Source: the human T2T-CHM13v2.0 reference genome, Homo sapiens
Assembly: GCF_009914755.1 (NCBI RefSeq)
Contig: NC_060932.1
DNA length: 64,000 bases
Strand: one strand, 5' to 3'
The notes under the pieces are model-generated. The model did not search any database. It was not told the DNA's origin and saw only the letters and a program-made list of their open reading frames with translations. The position numbers and the translations under genes are program-made. Below are positions 63,529 to 64,000 of this stretch, piece after piece; position 1 is the first letter of the stretch; the number at the start of each line of letters is the position of its first letter.

Positions 63529-63995
63529 GTTAGGTAGGAGAATAGGGTCTGGAAACAGGGGACCTAAGGCTGATTCATGCTGACTGATATCAGAGGCGAC
63601 TCCATTTTCAACCCCTCTTTTTTCTGCGTGGCAGTTGCTGCGTGGCAGTTGCAACCCTCCTTTCTTTGGGTGGCAGTTGAAAAATGAAAGAACCTCTGAT
63701 AGAGCCCCTCCCTCAACCAATCAGACTGGTTGAGGGCCTACTTTTCACTCTGATTGGTCTCCTTCCACAACCAATCAGACTGGGCATAGGCCAATGGGAA
63801 CCCTCTAGAGGGTATTTAAGCCCCAGAAAATTCTGTAGCTGATGCTCTTGAACCCCTTGACTGAGTCTGTTTTCCTTCTGTGGAGTATACTTTCATTTAA
63901 AATAAATCTCTGCTTTCCATGCCTTGTTTGTGTGTTCTGTCCAATTCTTCGTTCAAAACACCAAGAACCTGGACAACTACCCTCAATTGGTAACA
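63529..63995 (+). mobile_element. ERV1 LTR, MER51-like
   Basis: ggagaatagggtctgga...CCAAT boxes, TATTTAA, AATAAA, ends GGTAACA. Confidence 0.8.
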
Positions 63996-64000
63996 TATTT

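Overview
Human (or very close primate) genomic DNA, repeat-rich and AT-rich. It contains the complete sorting nexin 16 gene (SNX16) on the minus strand: a CpG-island promoter and short non-coding exon 1 near 61.8 kb, seven coding exons that I traced by GT-AG boundaries (1035 nt, 344 aa, PX domain plus coiled coil) and a ~1.9 kb 3' UTR ending near 19.26 kb. Intron 5 carries a full-length antisense processed HNRNPA1 pseudogene with poly(A) tail and target-site duplication, nested in an old L1. The rest is mostly Alu, L1, L2/MIR, MaLR (MLT1/MST/THE1), MER51-type LTRs and hAT MER elements. I found no new multi-gene system. The best leads are regulatory: a perfect CLEAR palindrome and a hairpin covering the exon-1 donor, a ~200 bp purine tract splitting the promoter, a strong-Kozak uORF, a THE1 element with both DUX4-type sites broken, and a candidate unannotated two-exon unit with paired ARE/MARE motifs at ~2.9-3.7 kb. 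Repeat subfamily names and repeat boundaries are by eye and approximate.
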